A stretch of DNA of 64,000 bases from Blasia pusilla. Its lineage: Eukaryota. The DNA lies in the NCBI GenBank assembly GCA_050084515.1, contig CM114271.1, positions 42,656,001-42,720,000 on the forward strand, given 5' to 3'. How positions within the stretch are numbered: the first letter of the stretch is position 1; each line of letters begins with the position of its first letter. Under the pieces are notes generated by a model. It saw only the letters and a program-made list of their open reading frames with translations, made no database searches and was not told where the DNA came from. The translations under genes were made by a program, and so were the position numbers. Positions 38,583-51,708 of the stretch are shown here, one piece after another.

Positions 38583-39989
38583 AAAAGCCATCCCATTGGT
38601 GACCTCCGTGCACAAGTTACCTAGTGATCCTAGACTTGGTCGATAAGTCACCTCGCTAACACAAAAGAAAAGGAAATCGCCATAAATGACTCTCCTTGAC
38701 ATGACCTACTACCCTATACGCATTTATGACATAACCATAGGCTGTGGGAATGACATCAACACGGGGTGGCAAACACGACTTATGCCACCCTCAAGAACAA
38801 CCATCACACACCAACCTCGCTGATGCACCCCTCGCAAAGCCACACAACATACACCTCAAGCCCGCACATACTAGTGCCAAGCTTGGATCCACTCTTATAG
38901 CCAAACGGCTCTTACCCCAAAAATAGTCATCCCACCAATAACTTGCATGCACATGTTATCAGGTGATCCTTGACCTAGTCAACATGTCACCAAGTTGACC
39001 CAAAAAAAAGGGGAAATCTCTAGAAACGATGTTCCCAACACAAAGGACTTGTAACCAACCTCATCCGACATCTCAAGACGAACTTACACCCAAAAAGCCC
39101 GTTGACCTTCTATGTCGTCAAGGCGATAGAACTCTACTTGCGCAAACTAAGATGTGATATCTACCTCTTTCTATTCAACATCAGTTATCTTTGAACACTA
39201 TAGTGATTTTGAACTCTTTCCCCCATAGAGGTCTTCTATGATGGTTGTTGATCATGTTACATCTAAGAGCTCTATTACGGTTCAGGAGATGGAGGTGGAT
39301 CATGCTATACACGTTAATATTGAGGACTCGAGACGGAGAGTGACGTAGACCAGATCTATGGGAGAAATCATTGTATCTCACGAGAGATTACCACAAGTCT
39401 TCAAAAGGCTCAAGAAGAGAGTAACACATGAGGTTGGTCATGACTCTCCCACAATAACTAGACCCCAATTTCCATGGAGGAAGATCAAGATAATCTAGGA
39501 GACCCATCGATCACCGCAACCCTAGCCGCAACTTAAGTTGGAGGAATGAAAGGCATTTCATTGTCTACAAGCATAGACCCTCACACTAATCTGTATGAGA
39601 TTATCGTAAAGAGCACAAGTATCTCACCACAAAAAGATAATCCAGATTTTGGTTCTCTTAGCACAAGTCCATCTCATGGGGATAGAGACTTTGTAGGGGA
39701 AAGTCCCACTTCACGAATAAGGATCATTTGAATCCCTCTTTTGACCACCTCCATACATGGTGGTTTGGATCCCATTCAAGTAGGAATTTTGGATATCTGG
39801 AACCACTTCAATGTGAATGGAAGTTGCCACTATTGCTACATCATTACAAGAACTCCCATGCATTCCATCCATTTAGAAACCTTTCGTATTAATAAATGTG
39901 TAGGATTATAAAATTGGTGGTAATACTCCATTGAATAACTTTTAACATTGGATGTACCATTGGATCTTATGTATCACAAATTCCTAAAA

Positions 39990-41450
39990 TAGGACCTAGA
40001 AGTAGGCCACATGACGTGATTTGAGGCGAAAGCTGCATTCGTGGATGTCAATGTCGCTTTTTGGTGTAAATTGGAGGGAGCTTGTCTATATTGCAAAGAT
40101 TTTTAACAAGAAAAGGTTGCAAATTAACAAGGATGGAAAGCCATGTCACGGTTCATATGATTCGATATACAAGGACACCCCAAAGATGTATGCTTCAAGA
40201 ATATCAGACAATCTTAGATCTTATATTAAAGATAGGCTCCACCTTGGGGTAAAGCCCATTAGATTACATTAAAGTGTTGTGTCATATTGAAGATGCGATA
40301 TATGATCGATTGATCCAAATTTTTAATAAAGCATGAAGAGAGATGATTTCTTGCAAATGCCTAATATTTCCAATGTGAAGAAGGAGTTGAATATGAATAC
40401 TTTTTACTCTTATATTAGTGAAATTAATTCATTGAGATCATTTTTTCCACTTATATCCAAAGAAGGTGATAATAGATAATACAAAGTCCTTCATCTTAGG
40501 CTTCCAAAGCATATGGAAATTGCAAATATTGGTGAAGTTTGGACACAACAGCGCATTGGATATGTATAGTACATTTGGAATGAGTTGAAGCAAAGTAAGT
40601 TCAATACATGTTATGAAGTTGTTTCACAAAAAAATGCATCACTAATTTATTGAGCGAAGTCTCTAACACTATGCTAATAGCTTTTTTTGTGGGTTGCATG
40701 AGTGTAGTTCCCCTTATACACAATTTTGGTATTTGATGATCATACTAGGATACTGGTGGCATGGGTTTTGACAAATATCTCAAAAGAGATGTATTTGGTC
40801 AAATGGATGAAGACAATGATAGAAAAATATAAGATAATGTCGTCCAATTATAAGCCTAATGAAATCATTGTGGATGATGCAAATACATAGCAAAATCCCT
40901 TGAGGTTTGTCCCTCCACTTAGTAACTTGGAATAAGTATGCAAGTGATTTGTATAATTATTTCGACAATTTAAATTTTGGCATGCATCATACTCACATGG
41001 AAAGCATTCCAACTATGCAAATCCAGTGAAATTTTGTAGTTTTCATTTGATGTAGAGAGAAATTTAGAGGTGTAAACATCATTCTTCGCCTTTAGCACAA
41101 ATAACACAATTGTTTGAAGCAATTGAAGTGCAAGGTTCATTGCCCCTTTCTAATAGCAAAAATATCACGACGCCTTGGTGAAATAATGTACATTAATCAT
41201 TATGGTATCCATACAAAAGGTTAGATCTTGTATGATACAAGAGGCGACTTGCAAAAATTCTATGCAGACTTGAGCAAGGAAGTCAAAATTGTGAAATACA
41301 TCCTGACTTATTGGGATACCAATCTAGGCAAGTTCATGGAATCTCTCGTGTCTCTTGCATTTTCCCTTTATATCATCCTTAGGTTGTGTACTATACATTC
41401 AATATGTAGTAACTCTTGCTGGTTTTTTGTGCAGAAAAATATGAATTAGA
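39990..41450 (+). pseudogene. Degenerate Mutator-like (MULE) transposase remnant
   Basis: Translated fragments 'FPLYTILVFDDHTRILVAWVLT' (~40705-40772) and 'KPNEIIVDDA' (~40852-40880) resemble the MULE DDE core. Many stops and probable introns. Recognised by eye only. Confidence 0.5.
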
Positions 41451-44400
41451 GCAGCAAGGGACTACTCAAGCGGTCTTGAGACGTAGGATCAAATGTAGGC
41501 TCAAATTAAGGAATGTGGATAGAGATTGAAAGGATGTGCGAGCCTCTTGAGGCAAAGCATAGGCTCTTTGTAGGCTACGAAACGGGTGGCAAGAATGGGC
41601 GAAGGGTTAGTAGATTTGAGTGCGGGCTAACTAAGTCTGGGTCTATGTTGTGGGCAGTGAAAACGTGGGTCTACACGGGTATGTTTGACGAATATCAATC
41701 TATAGGAATGGGCTTTGTTCATATGCAACCTTAGGCATGACATAAGTAGGAATATGCTATCTACAAATGGTGAGGATTGATTCAAATATTACATTACATT
41801 GATCGTAGACCAACACTTTGGATCTGAATGAAGTACCATCAAAAGTAGCATGTATTTTCTCCACTCAATGAATTCAGACTTCAAGATAAATCCTTGCTAT
41901 TGAGGTGTTTTCTAGTCTTGACCATTTTGAGGGATGAGTATTGATTTGTAAGAGAATACATACAAGCTCACAAGGCAAGCGTGGAACACTGGAACCATGT
42001 CTTTGTTCCAAAGTGAGGAGGATCATGTGATTGTTGTGCTCATGGGGTGATGACATTGGTACCTTTGGATACCACACTCATTGTAAGGAAATATCTAGAG
42101 GATAGTGAAAGACGGGATTGGATGCAATGTTGCAAGTTTGCATATGAATGTATCTATATGTTATAGAGAGATGAGATTGCACAACGAGTCTCATTATGCC
42201 ATGTGGCGAGGTTGGTCCGATAATATCTTAAGTTACTACCAACAACTTGGAATATATGGGAATCAACATACATTTCTTATATATATTTCATTGTTGGGGG
42301 CCGCATGATCTGGATAGGTTTGGCATCATTCAAACCTAGTAATTTTGTGACCACTAGATGGCCATGTCAAGGTTATTCATCAAGAGGTTGGGGGCTTGGT
42401 TTATATGATCCGAGATCACGTATATCTTAGGAGATTTTGCCACTATTACAAGACTTGCAAGAGAGTCACATATGTTTTTCAATATACATCATGGAGAATA
42501 TGCCATTTTTAGTAGATACTTGTGCATGAATCTTTACGAGAGTTTATAGAGTAAGGTCTTGGTTAGGACCAACATTGTTGTTAGGTGTGGACAATGTTGG
42601 ACGAGCCTACTACCATCAAAGGTATTGAGGCGAGCTTGTGATGGAGTTTAGAGAGCATTGTACTTGACAATGAATGTTAGTTATCTTGGATCTAAGGTGA
42701 TGGTCTTAGGTGGTGATCCATGACGACATATCACCATGGGGTGTAGCCAATATGGTGTGGGAGTTGATGGCAACATTGCCTATGTTGATGAGATTTCTAA
42801 CACATGTCTTTCATCAAGGAGGACTTTGGATGATACAAGATGATCATCGCTCATTAGCATTAGGGACCTAATGCTAATGAGCGAGAGCAAGAAATGGATT
42901 TCTCTTTGGGGACAGCGGACCTGAACTTTCTCACATAGATAAGCGTCTGAGGTTTGGTTGAACATCTACGTATGCCGACAACATCCATTCTCTCGCATCC
43001 AGGTATTTGTATTTGAATATTGGCTACACAGATTATTGAGTTGTTGGCTAGCGACAAGGCAAGGAGAGATAGGCACACATGCACTTCCTAAGATGTCATT
43101 TGAGTAGAGAATGAAAAGATGGCTAGATTAGTACATATTATTTTTTAAAATATCGAGCATGATGTTGGAGATGAAGGTGGGATATTACTATTGGAGAGTA
43201 TTTTTTTGATTTGCAAACACCATGTGGCAAGAAAATGTTTCACGTGCCACAGGTAACAAGAAAATTTCAATTTGTGCTTAACATCATCAATCTCCACGGT
43301 CCATACTCTCCTCGTTCCCTTTTCTATTTCGCACGCCGTCGAGATGAGGGACGGGAGTTTGTTATGACTCACCCAAGCCCCATCAAGAACACTCGAGTCC
43401 CCTCCAAACATCACGTCAAATTTCATCTTCACTTCGTTCTTCCAATTCGATCTCCGTTCATGCAATGCTCCGCCCATTCTTATGCAACGCTCCGTTTTGC
43501 TCAGGCGTTCATCAACCGATTATTTGGGCTCCGGGACACACGCCGCACCGTCCGGGTCCTTTTCCAAAGCATGCACCCGTTCACTATCGTGAATTCCGTA
43601 GTAGTCGACTGTCCGCTCTCATGAATTCCACGGTGTTCACCCGCTCTCTCTTGTGCTCCCTGTCGACTACGGTGCTCCTCCGGTAAACGCAATGAATCGA
43701 AACCATGGATGGAGTGATGGATTGATTCCCTGTCCACTACGGTGCTCCATCGGAAACAAGGATGGAGCCATCCGTGTTTCCGATCCAATGGGTTTCATTC
43801 CGGATGGATTCCGCCATTTTCACCGTCGCTGTTCCGATTCACTTACACGTACAGTAAGTGAATCTGGGGGTTTGAGTCGATTTCCATCGAAAAGGAAGAG
43901 GAGGCGGTGCTCCGATTCTTTTCTACGAACAGTAGGCGGTTTGGGAGTTCGAGTCTATTTCCGTCGAAAGGGAGAAAGGGCTGACTAGCTAAATTGGGGT
44001 TTGAGGAGGCCATTTTATCCCGGTTTCGTAGAAACCGGAAGGGAAGACAAGTTAAAATCTCGACAGATGCCACACAATGACGATGCACATTTCGCTAGAG
44101 ATGGCAGTGAGATCCGTGCACGGCATGTGAAATGTGAACTGGCATCTAGCTTCATGAAATTGCCATGCCATGCCATGCCACCCTATGCCATTTCACTAAA
44201 TCTAGTGACATTTCACTTGGAATGTCGAACATTCATAAACCGGGCGTACTCGGAGAATACCGGGATATGAGATGTAGGGCATTTCAACCAGATAACAGCT
44301 TGGTCATCTCTATCACAGATCCATGATTCCATGCCCCTGCGTCATTTGTTTACAAAAAGGGGAAAAACTCTCTTGCGTACTCGAACCTGGAAGCAATTAC

Positions 44401-45399
44401 ATTCACGAAGATTACAGCCGACAACAACAGTTGTGAAGCCAAGCAAGTTTGAGCTGTGAGTGGACGATGAAGTAAAGGGTCCATCAATTTAGAAATGCTC
44501 ACAATGAACAAACCCGATCTTCCAGCACAAACACTATTCGGTAACTCCAAAGAATAAATGACGTGATTTTATTGCGAGGTACCTGTGTGTACTTCACAGC
44601 TGTCATAGAAATGCATGGTGCACCATTCTAAATCAATACGAATGAGCGTTTCAAACTGCCTAGATGATTTTAGGAATGAAATTATGTTTTTGCTTCCTTC
44701 CTTCACAAGTGACCTCAATTTTGGCAGAAACCAGCCAGCTGCTGACTATCATCATACCACCCCGCTTCCGACCATTATACAGTGACGAATCCCACCACCA
44801 GCCTCATAATGAAGGCTCAACACACCTCTTTCTAAATTTACAGGGTGCAGAAACTCAATTGGGACCCTTCTCAGTCGAAGACATCAATCTGATCCTAAGA
44901 CTCAAAGAGACAGGCCAAAGAGACAGGCCAGCTACTGTTGGCTTGAGATGGCCGACGTAACCATATCAGCATATACTCGCATGGTGTTGAGGACTGCTTT
45001 GCACACTCAGAGGTAGGGACACCACAGTACCTCTTCTATACTCCATCGCGGATAGAATCAGTATCTAAACCCTTCCTGTCAGACTCCCCAGAATCCCCAC
45101 CATCTCTCAAACTCACATGCAGTTCATCTTGCCCAGGTTTTTTCTCCCCATTTGCTCTGATCAGTTGTAGAGTACTTAACATTGAGGTGTAGGATGCGGA
45201 AGCCTGTGAGCTACATATATGAGCATCTTGCTGCTGCTTCTGTCCCTGTCTTGGCCGTTTCCTCCCTTGAAATACAACGCTCTTGGTGCTCAGAGTCTAT
45301 TACCAATCCTTAGCATCATATGTCCTGTAGTCCTAAAATTTTGAGCAGGCTGGCATAATCATCACGAGCTTAGAAGTCTTCTGTCAGTGGGTGTCCAGT

Positions 45400-47907
45400 T
45401 CAGTCGTCAAAATCGACATCAATCCTCCTATTGCGAGCTAATGATTCCTGCCGCTGAAGTCTCATGTTCTCATGCATCATTGCTAAGAACTCCTCAATGT
45501 GCTGGTGGAGAGCATCTGTTTCTTTGGGCTCTTCACTTCCTTGACTTTCTGAGGCCGGTGATCCACTCGATTTACCATTGCCAGCCCCTGCACCGAGACT
45601 TTCCAGGTCACCCTTCTGGGACTGCTCCACCTTGTCAGCAGCTGACACTTTCTCAGGAGGTGGAGGGTCCGCGACAGAAGAAGTATATGATGCTTCCGCA
45701 GTAGGAACCGGTAGTTTTCCCTCTTTAGGGAAACCCTGATCCACTGGTCCAGTCGATATATCCGCCTTGGGCACCACGACTTGTGCAACCGAAGAGAGTT
45801 TACCATCTGAATTACGACTGAACTTAAAGCTAGGTGTTTCCGCAGTCGAAATTGGCGAGGAAACACGCATGGCCTCTGTAGCAGGAGTTTTCAGATGTGG
45901 AGGGGGTGGAGGAGGTAGGACTTTTGACATGAGAGGAGAAGCCGGAGGAGACAACACTTTTGGTGAAGGAATCTGCTTCTTAGTGACCGGAGGAGAGGGT
46001 GGAGGAGAAACCCTGACTGGTGGAGGGGGAGCAGGAGAAACCTTGACTGGCGGAGGGGGGGGAGGAGAAACCTTGACTGGTGGAAGGGGGGGAGGAGAAA
46101 CCTTGACGGGTGGAGGGGGAACAATGACAGGTTGGACTGGCTGGACAGGTTGGGACCGCTTGGAAGCTGAAGATTTTGAAACCTCCGATGATTTTGAAAC
46201 TTCTGATGCCACTGAAGAAGATCTCTTTGACTCATAAGAAGACACTAGGGGAATTGAAGAGGAGGAGAAGAATCTTTCCTTCGGAGGGGCTTGAACCTGG
46301 GGTGCGGATGGAGCGGCTTGTTGTACTGAGGAGGAAGAAAAGAGTTTTTCCTTCGCAGGAACTTGCGCTGGGGGTCTTGTAGGAGAGGCAGGAACCGCTG
46401 TTGGTTGGCCTTGTTTACTATTATTGGCAGACAATTCAAGGGAAGATTTCTTACTGTATAAAGAGGAACCTAATGCTGCTGCTGGAGCCTGCTTCGGAAT
46501 ACTCCCCGACAATTCCAGGGAAGATTTCTTGGAGTAAGAATAAAGTTTCTCCACTGCCGGTACTTGAATTTGAGCCGCCGGAGGAGAGAAAGGTACTGCA
46601 GCTGGGAAGCTCTGTGCATCCTTCGAATACATTTCGACGGCAGGTTTCCTGGTGTGAATCCTTGGTGCCTGCGTCTCCCTTGGCAGCATTTCCACAGCAG
46701 CCCTTCTACCTTGAATCTTTACAGGCTCGACGTACGATCTCCTCTTGAGCTCTTCAACCTTCCTAGCAAGCGGCTCATTGTAGGCTTCAATCTGATCACG
46801 TCTGACTGCGCGACCGCTGGTGAAAGTATGGGCCTTCACCAATTCAATTCTAGGCTCCGGAGCAGACACCAATGGCACATCCGGCCTTGCGTAGTGTATC
46901 GAAGTCTCCGTGTAGCACTTCTGGAGAAGCCCGTATCCACGACGTGGTTCGTCCACTTCGGTAAATGGGTCATAAACTGGCGGAGCATCGACTTCCATCC
47001 CTTCGTCTGCAGCTTCTTCTTCTGGTTCAACAGCAGTTCCATCCGACTCCGCTTCATCCGACTCTGCTGGTTCCGGTGCAGCAATGACTGGCTCCGGTGC
47101 TGGGGTAACAACCGGGGCCGCAGAGTGAGCTGAGACTGGGGGAAGGTCTCTAGATTCGAAGGTCGGAGGGAGACCTCTAGATTCAAAGGTCGGGGGCAAA
47201 TCTCTAGACTCAAAGGCCGGCGGCAGATCTCTAAACTCGAACACGGGTGAGGTTGAGGTTCCTTTCCCGGCTCCAATTTCTTCAGCCTCTGCATCAGCAC
47301 CATAATCCCTGTTCGCGATGACAGTCTGAAATGGCATTGCAGCCTTTACGGATTCTGGGTGAGAACGGTGGCCTGAACGCTCGTAGGTTGGGAAATCACT
47401 AGTTTCACTTGGATCTTGGGTGTGGACATCATCTTCTCCGTCTTCTTCTTCGAGAAGTCTTAGTCTATGAGCGTGAGTAGTCTCGGCTCTTTGGGCCAAA
47501 TCCCTGCTATTAGTAGGAACGTCATCAGGAACACCGACTTCAATGTATTCTTTTCGATGGCTATCCGGTCCACTCTCGCCGAAGGCAGAGAGCAAGCCGG
47601 AGGATATAACAATCGCTCCCACAATTAGGTTGACAAATAGCCACCACATAGAAGGTGTGCCCCAGGTGGAAACTACTTCTTTGGCCGAAACATGAATTGC
47701 CGAGGCACTCTCCACGATATCAGGGAGCCGGGCGATGAACCACATGACTACCAGACCCGATATCACCACAAGAAACACAACCATAGCTATATCGCCCTTC
47801 TTCGACAAAAATCCTCGCTCGGGCTGCTTGTGTCTTTTCGAGCTAAGTATATTGAGTTGCCTCGGTTGAAAGCTACTCCCGTGCGCCATACGCTCAGACT
47901 GATACAT
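45400..47907 (-). CDS. Pro-rich membrane-anchored protein of the DUF4408/DUF761 (cotton-fibre-expressed-like) family, 835 aa, single coding exon
   Basis: Uninterrupted ORF with two N-terminal hydrophobic segments, including the DUF4408-like 'WGTPSMWWLFVNLIVGAIVISS'. The C-terminus has the DUF761-like 'DALHQHIEEFLAMMHENMRLQRQESL'. The linker is long and low-complexity. Confidence 0.85.
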   Translation of the reverse strand: MYQSERMAHGSSFQPRQLNILSSKRHKQPERGFLSKKGDIAMVVFLVVISGLVVMWFIARLPDIVESASAIHVSAKEVVSTWGTPSMWWLFVNLIVGAIVISSGLLSAFGESGPDSHRKEYIEVGVPDDVPTNSRDLAQRAETTHAHRLRLLEEEDGEDDVHTQDPSETSDFPTYERSGHRSHPESVKAAMPFQTVIANRDYGADAEAEEIGAGKGTSTSPVFEFRDLPPAFESRDLPPTFESRGLPPTFESRDLPPVSAHSAAPVVTPAPEPVIAAPEPAESDEAESDGTAVEPEEEAADEGMEVDAPPVYDPFTEVDEPRRGYGLLQKCYTETSIHYARPDVPLVSAPEPRIELVKAHTFTSGRAVRRDQIEAYNEPLARKVEELKRRSYVEPVKIQGRRAAVEMLPRETQAPRIHTRKPAVEMYSKDAQSFPAAVPFSPPAAQIQVPAVEKLYSYSKKSSLELSGSIPKQAPAAALGSSLYSKKSSLELSANNSKQGQPTAVPASPTRPPAQVPAKEKLFSSSSVQQAAPSAPQVQAPPKERFFSSSSIPLVSSYESKRSSSVASEVSKSSEVSKSSASKRSQPVQPVQPVIVPPPPVKVSPPPLPPVKVSPPPPPPVKVSPAPPPPVRVSPPPSPPVTKKQIPSPKVLSPPASPLMSKVLPPPPPPHLKTPATEAMRVSSPISTAETPSFKFSRNSDGKLSSVAQVVVPKADISTGPVDQGFPKEGKLPVPTAEASYTSSVADPPPPEKVSAADKVEQSQKGDLESLGAGAGNGKSSGSPASESQGSEEPKETDALHQHIEEFLAMMHENMRLQRQESLARNRRIDVDFDD

Positions 47908-50900
47908 TTTAATATCAGCTCCTCAAACCCGTGTACGTCGCTTAAGAATGTCGAACCTGAAAAGATTGCACATAACACTGCAGGATGGTGATCAGATTCA
48001 GAACGCAGTCCCTGACAGCCCAAATTACGATCCAAAAGAAGAAAGCATCTGAAATTCCAAGCCAAAGCGGCTACCAGTTCCGGTGTCGCTCAGTTCCGAC
48101 TCATCTGCGAGCCACTAATCCTAAGGCATTCCTCAGTGACTAAGATCTTAGAACTGGTAAATTGCCGATCCTCAAGTTTTCAAGATTCTGCTACGATAGG
48201 ATCCAAGGTGTATCATTGTCCTGTGCGACCGGTATCCGCTGAAATCCTTCTAGAATATATGGGCTGAATCTGAAGCGAGGCAGGAAGCATCCTTTCACTC
48301 ACAAACACATATGTACCTCACCCGCTCAGGAATTTCGAGAGTGTTGCGACCACAAGTCAATGGAGTACTAAACAGGGGTTCCCCATCAGCACTCCACTCT
48401 ACTACCCCGCCGCTGATACCAAATGCAACGGGCCAGATTGGAGATTGCTGAACCAGTCCAGATTTTCATGGCTATGAGTACGAGATGTCTCCGCTGTTGT
48501 CCTCACAAACGGAGGTAACTTTTACTTCTGAGTATCTCGTGTTCTCTCTCACCGCATCTCAATTCCCACACGAAATATAGTACGGTACAACACGGGTAAC
48601 CACGAGGAAGAACCGAATGGACGTCAAGTTGCTAGGGCGGGACTAGGGAGTGTGCATTCCAGTAACAATAAGTGCCCTCACCGCATGTTAAAACACTTCT
48701 GATTGACGCCTGCGGTGGCGCAAGACGCAGGAGCCCGATGATCCCGGATTCAAAGACGGATTCTCGACGTGGTCCATCGCGTCAGAAATCAACGAAATCT
48801 ACAGTCAATGAAAGAAGTTGCAGTCCCAGAGAAGTTTGCAATTCATGCACTCACCCAAAAAAACCGTCTTCCCCGTCAAGATTCGCCTCGATCACGGGAG
48901 AAGCAGCGCACACGCCCGGCGCAAAAACAGCCACTATACTCTCAGTGATATCCGCACGGCACAACCTGCGGATGAATCTATCTTTGTCCCTCCCTCCTTC
49001 CCTCGCCCACTCCCTCGGCTCCCTCCTGCGCAACCGATCCTGCCCGTCCTATCCGCGCACGGATGTTCTCACCTGTACGAACCCGCAGACACTCGAAACC
49101 CACTTCAAACAGACGATCCTCTCACTCTCACCCTTCTCCTCGGGCTCATTCCATCTTCTCCTCCGCTGCCACTGCCAGACGGGGCAGAGAGCCGCAGCGC
49201 ACCTCCTACGTCCCACTCGCGCAGCAATCCCGCGGCATAGCATCCGCCCTATGATTGCCCCGTTCTCTGGAGTCTCGCGTATCCTCACTCCCTCCGACTC
49301 GCTCGCTCGCTCGCCCTCCCCGCAATCGAGGCCCGTTTTCTGATGAATTATCCGAACGACCACAACCGCACCTCCAAAAAAAACCAGTCTCTCCCATGAA
49401 CAGCGCGACCCTCTTCCTCGTGACGGCACTCCAGAAACCTCCCGACCCCTCCAAGTTTCCAACCCCACCTCCCACCTCCCTCTACAGCCCCACAGCCCTC
49501 CGGCAACAAAAGCCTATGCATACTGTGGCCGCATCTCCTTTCGTTTCGTTTCCTTCCCTGAACCCGACTTTGACGTCGCCCGAGGTCCGTCCCGGGGACG
49601 GGGAACGACGACGTCCTCCGCAAAAGAGCCCGAGGACGCGATCTCCACGTGGATGCGCCATCTCAGGGAAGGCAGAGAAAATTCCCGGCGACGATCGCGA
49701 TCCCTTCCGGCAGATGTCCGCCAAGCACGGTCAGTTGGGAAAGTACTTGGAGAAGAAGACAATTTCTCACCAGTGGAACGGACCGGTTTATTTACTTATT
49801 TTCGCCGGTCCTTTACCGGTAGGATTGTTCCAAATAGCATGACACATCACCGGCGCAGGAAAAGCGATCTTCCAGGAAAACATGCCAACTCGTGTCACCG
49901 TCCACTAGATAAGGACAAGGCACTCATAGCTGAAGATGCTGGACCGCCTTGAAAGAAGAGGCGCCTGGAATGGACGGAACGGGGTGCCCTTCCCGTGAAT
50001 CCGTTCCATCCGACCCCCGTCAAAGAGTCGCGGACGGGGGGGTACGAACACTGAGCCCCACCGTCAGCGAGGAGTCCGTCCAGGACGGGCCGGCCGGCCG
50101 GCCGGCCAGCCAGCCAGTCAGTCAGTCAGTAGTTCAGTACTGGTACTTGCCAGCACGGCGAAAGTCCACCGGGGCTGGAGTCAAGCGAGACACAGCGCTC
50201 TTGTCTCCCAATCACCAACTCACCTACCACGTCCTTCTTGCTGATGCTGACGTGGGTCAGTTGGTGCTGGCTGGCCTTTCGCTCAAGCCCGGTCGCTGGA
50301 AGCACGTAAAGTCCGGACCACAAATCACCGGCCATAGATTTTCCCGTGAGATCAGCGTTTCATGGACGGACAACTACGGAGTTGTTAGGAAACCCTGCCC
50401 AGCCCGGGTCCCTTCATAGGTCGTATCTGTCTAATCACGCATGTGTTCGTAGTGGATTGTGTGCTCCTCTTCGTGTGCAAACCACACGTACCCGGATGCA
50501 TGGAATACTTTCCCGTAGTCTTGTCTTCTCTCGTAATAATATCTACTAGAACGTTGCCGCGGGTGACATCAAATTTGGAAAAAACAAAAGGTAGCAAATA
50601 AACTCGTCTCCACCCCCTTCATTCATATTTAATTTCCGTTCTGCCATGTGTCGCCGCGTAGAACCCCATAGGACGGGTGTCCATAGAAGGAGGAAGGATT
50701 CTAATCCCATACTCTCTTATTAGAATTAATTCTATAATATATTTGAAACTTCGCAAATTTAATAAAAAATTACAACGACTACGAAACAAGGGCATTATTA
50801 TTATTAATTCTACTACAACGGAGTGTATTCCATGCACTCAACCTTGTGGTCGGGAAATATATTTCAAGTATGTTGGTTGGCTTCAATAGGAAAGAACAAA

Positions 50901-51299
50901 GGTGTGAATTCCATTCCTCGTTTTAATATCTATGTTACTAGAGGAGAGTAGGCCTATTGGATGAATGTAACCTTCTCCTCCCAACATGTGCATCTCGTTG
51001 CCGACTTCGTTACGCCACAAAGACCATGTCCTAGAGTTGCATACTATCCCTTCGAATCTCTAAAGGAGTATCACATTTTGAGCTAGACCAAACTTCTCAA
51101 ACTTTGTCACTAATTTTCACTAAAGGTTTTGGTTCTGTGGACCAAAGAAGCTTCCTCGAGGTCTCCCGAATTAAACAAGTATGTGGCTTTTTTAAGAGGT
51201 TTTTCTTTTCCTCTCTCTCCCTCTCTCTCATGAAGCTCCTCTCGTCCTCTTTTTGTAACATTCTGAGTCCTCTTTTTGTAACATTCTGAAATAAAATCA

Positions 51300-51708
51300 C
51301 GCACTCATAATCCATAACTCTCCATAATGTCAAACCAAACTCTCACTTTCATGTTGATAGGATTGGATTACTCATAAGGTAAGAGATAATATAGCTTTGC
51401 GGCCTTACAGAAGGAGGTTCCACAAAGAGAATGAGCTCCCAATCTCTCTCTCCTTGGCTTCACTTCCTTCCACATGCTTTTCTTGGTACCACGTTCATAC
51501 ATGTCACATCCTCATCCCTAAATGCTTAGATTATCTTCCTTCTTATTAAATCATCCTCGATTTACTAATCTAGCTTTTCTATAGTGATATTTTAATGATG
51601 GCTCTAGCTCCCCTAAAGGGACCTTCTTTGCCTTCCATTTGAGATCCACGTTTGACCTCTTAGATCTACCATGCGGATACTCTCCGATCCAATACAAAAG
51701 ACGTGAGA
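51300..51708 (-). repeat. Diverged LTR fragment related to segment B of the gypsy element
   Basis: Contains 'aatgtcaaaccaaac', 'ttggattac', 'atagctttgcggcct', 'gaggttccacaaagagaatgagctc' and ends 'caaaagacgtgaga' (cf. 'caaaagacgtgaaa' at 27543-27556). Confidence 0.6.

Noticed and set aside
45483-47303. Overlapping alternative-frame and antisense ORFs in the DUF761-type gene
   Set aside because: These are by-products of Pro/Ser-rich repetitive codons.
48672-50419. Several 100-220 aa ORFs on both strands
   Set aside because: GC-rich, low-complexity sequence with no recognisable domain. Most likely the 5' UTR/promoter region of the DUF761-type gene.
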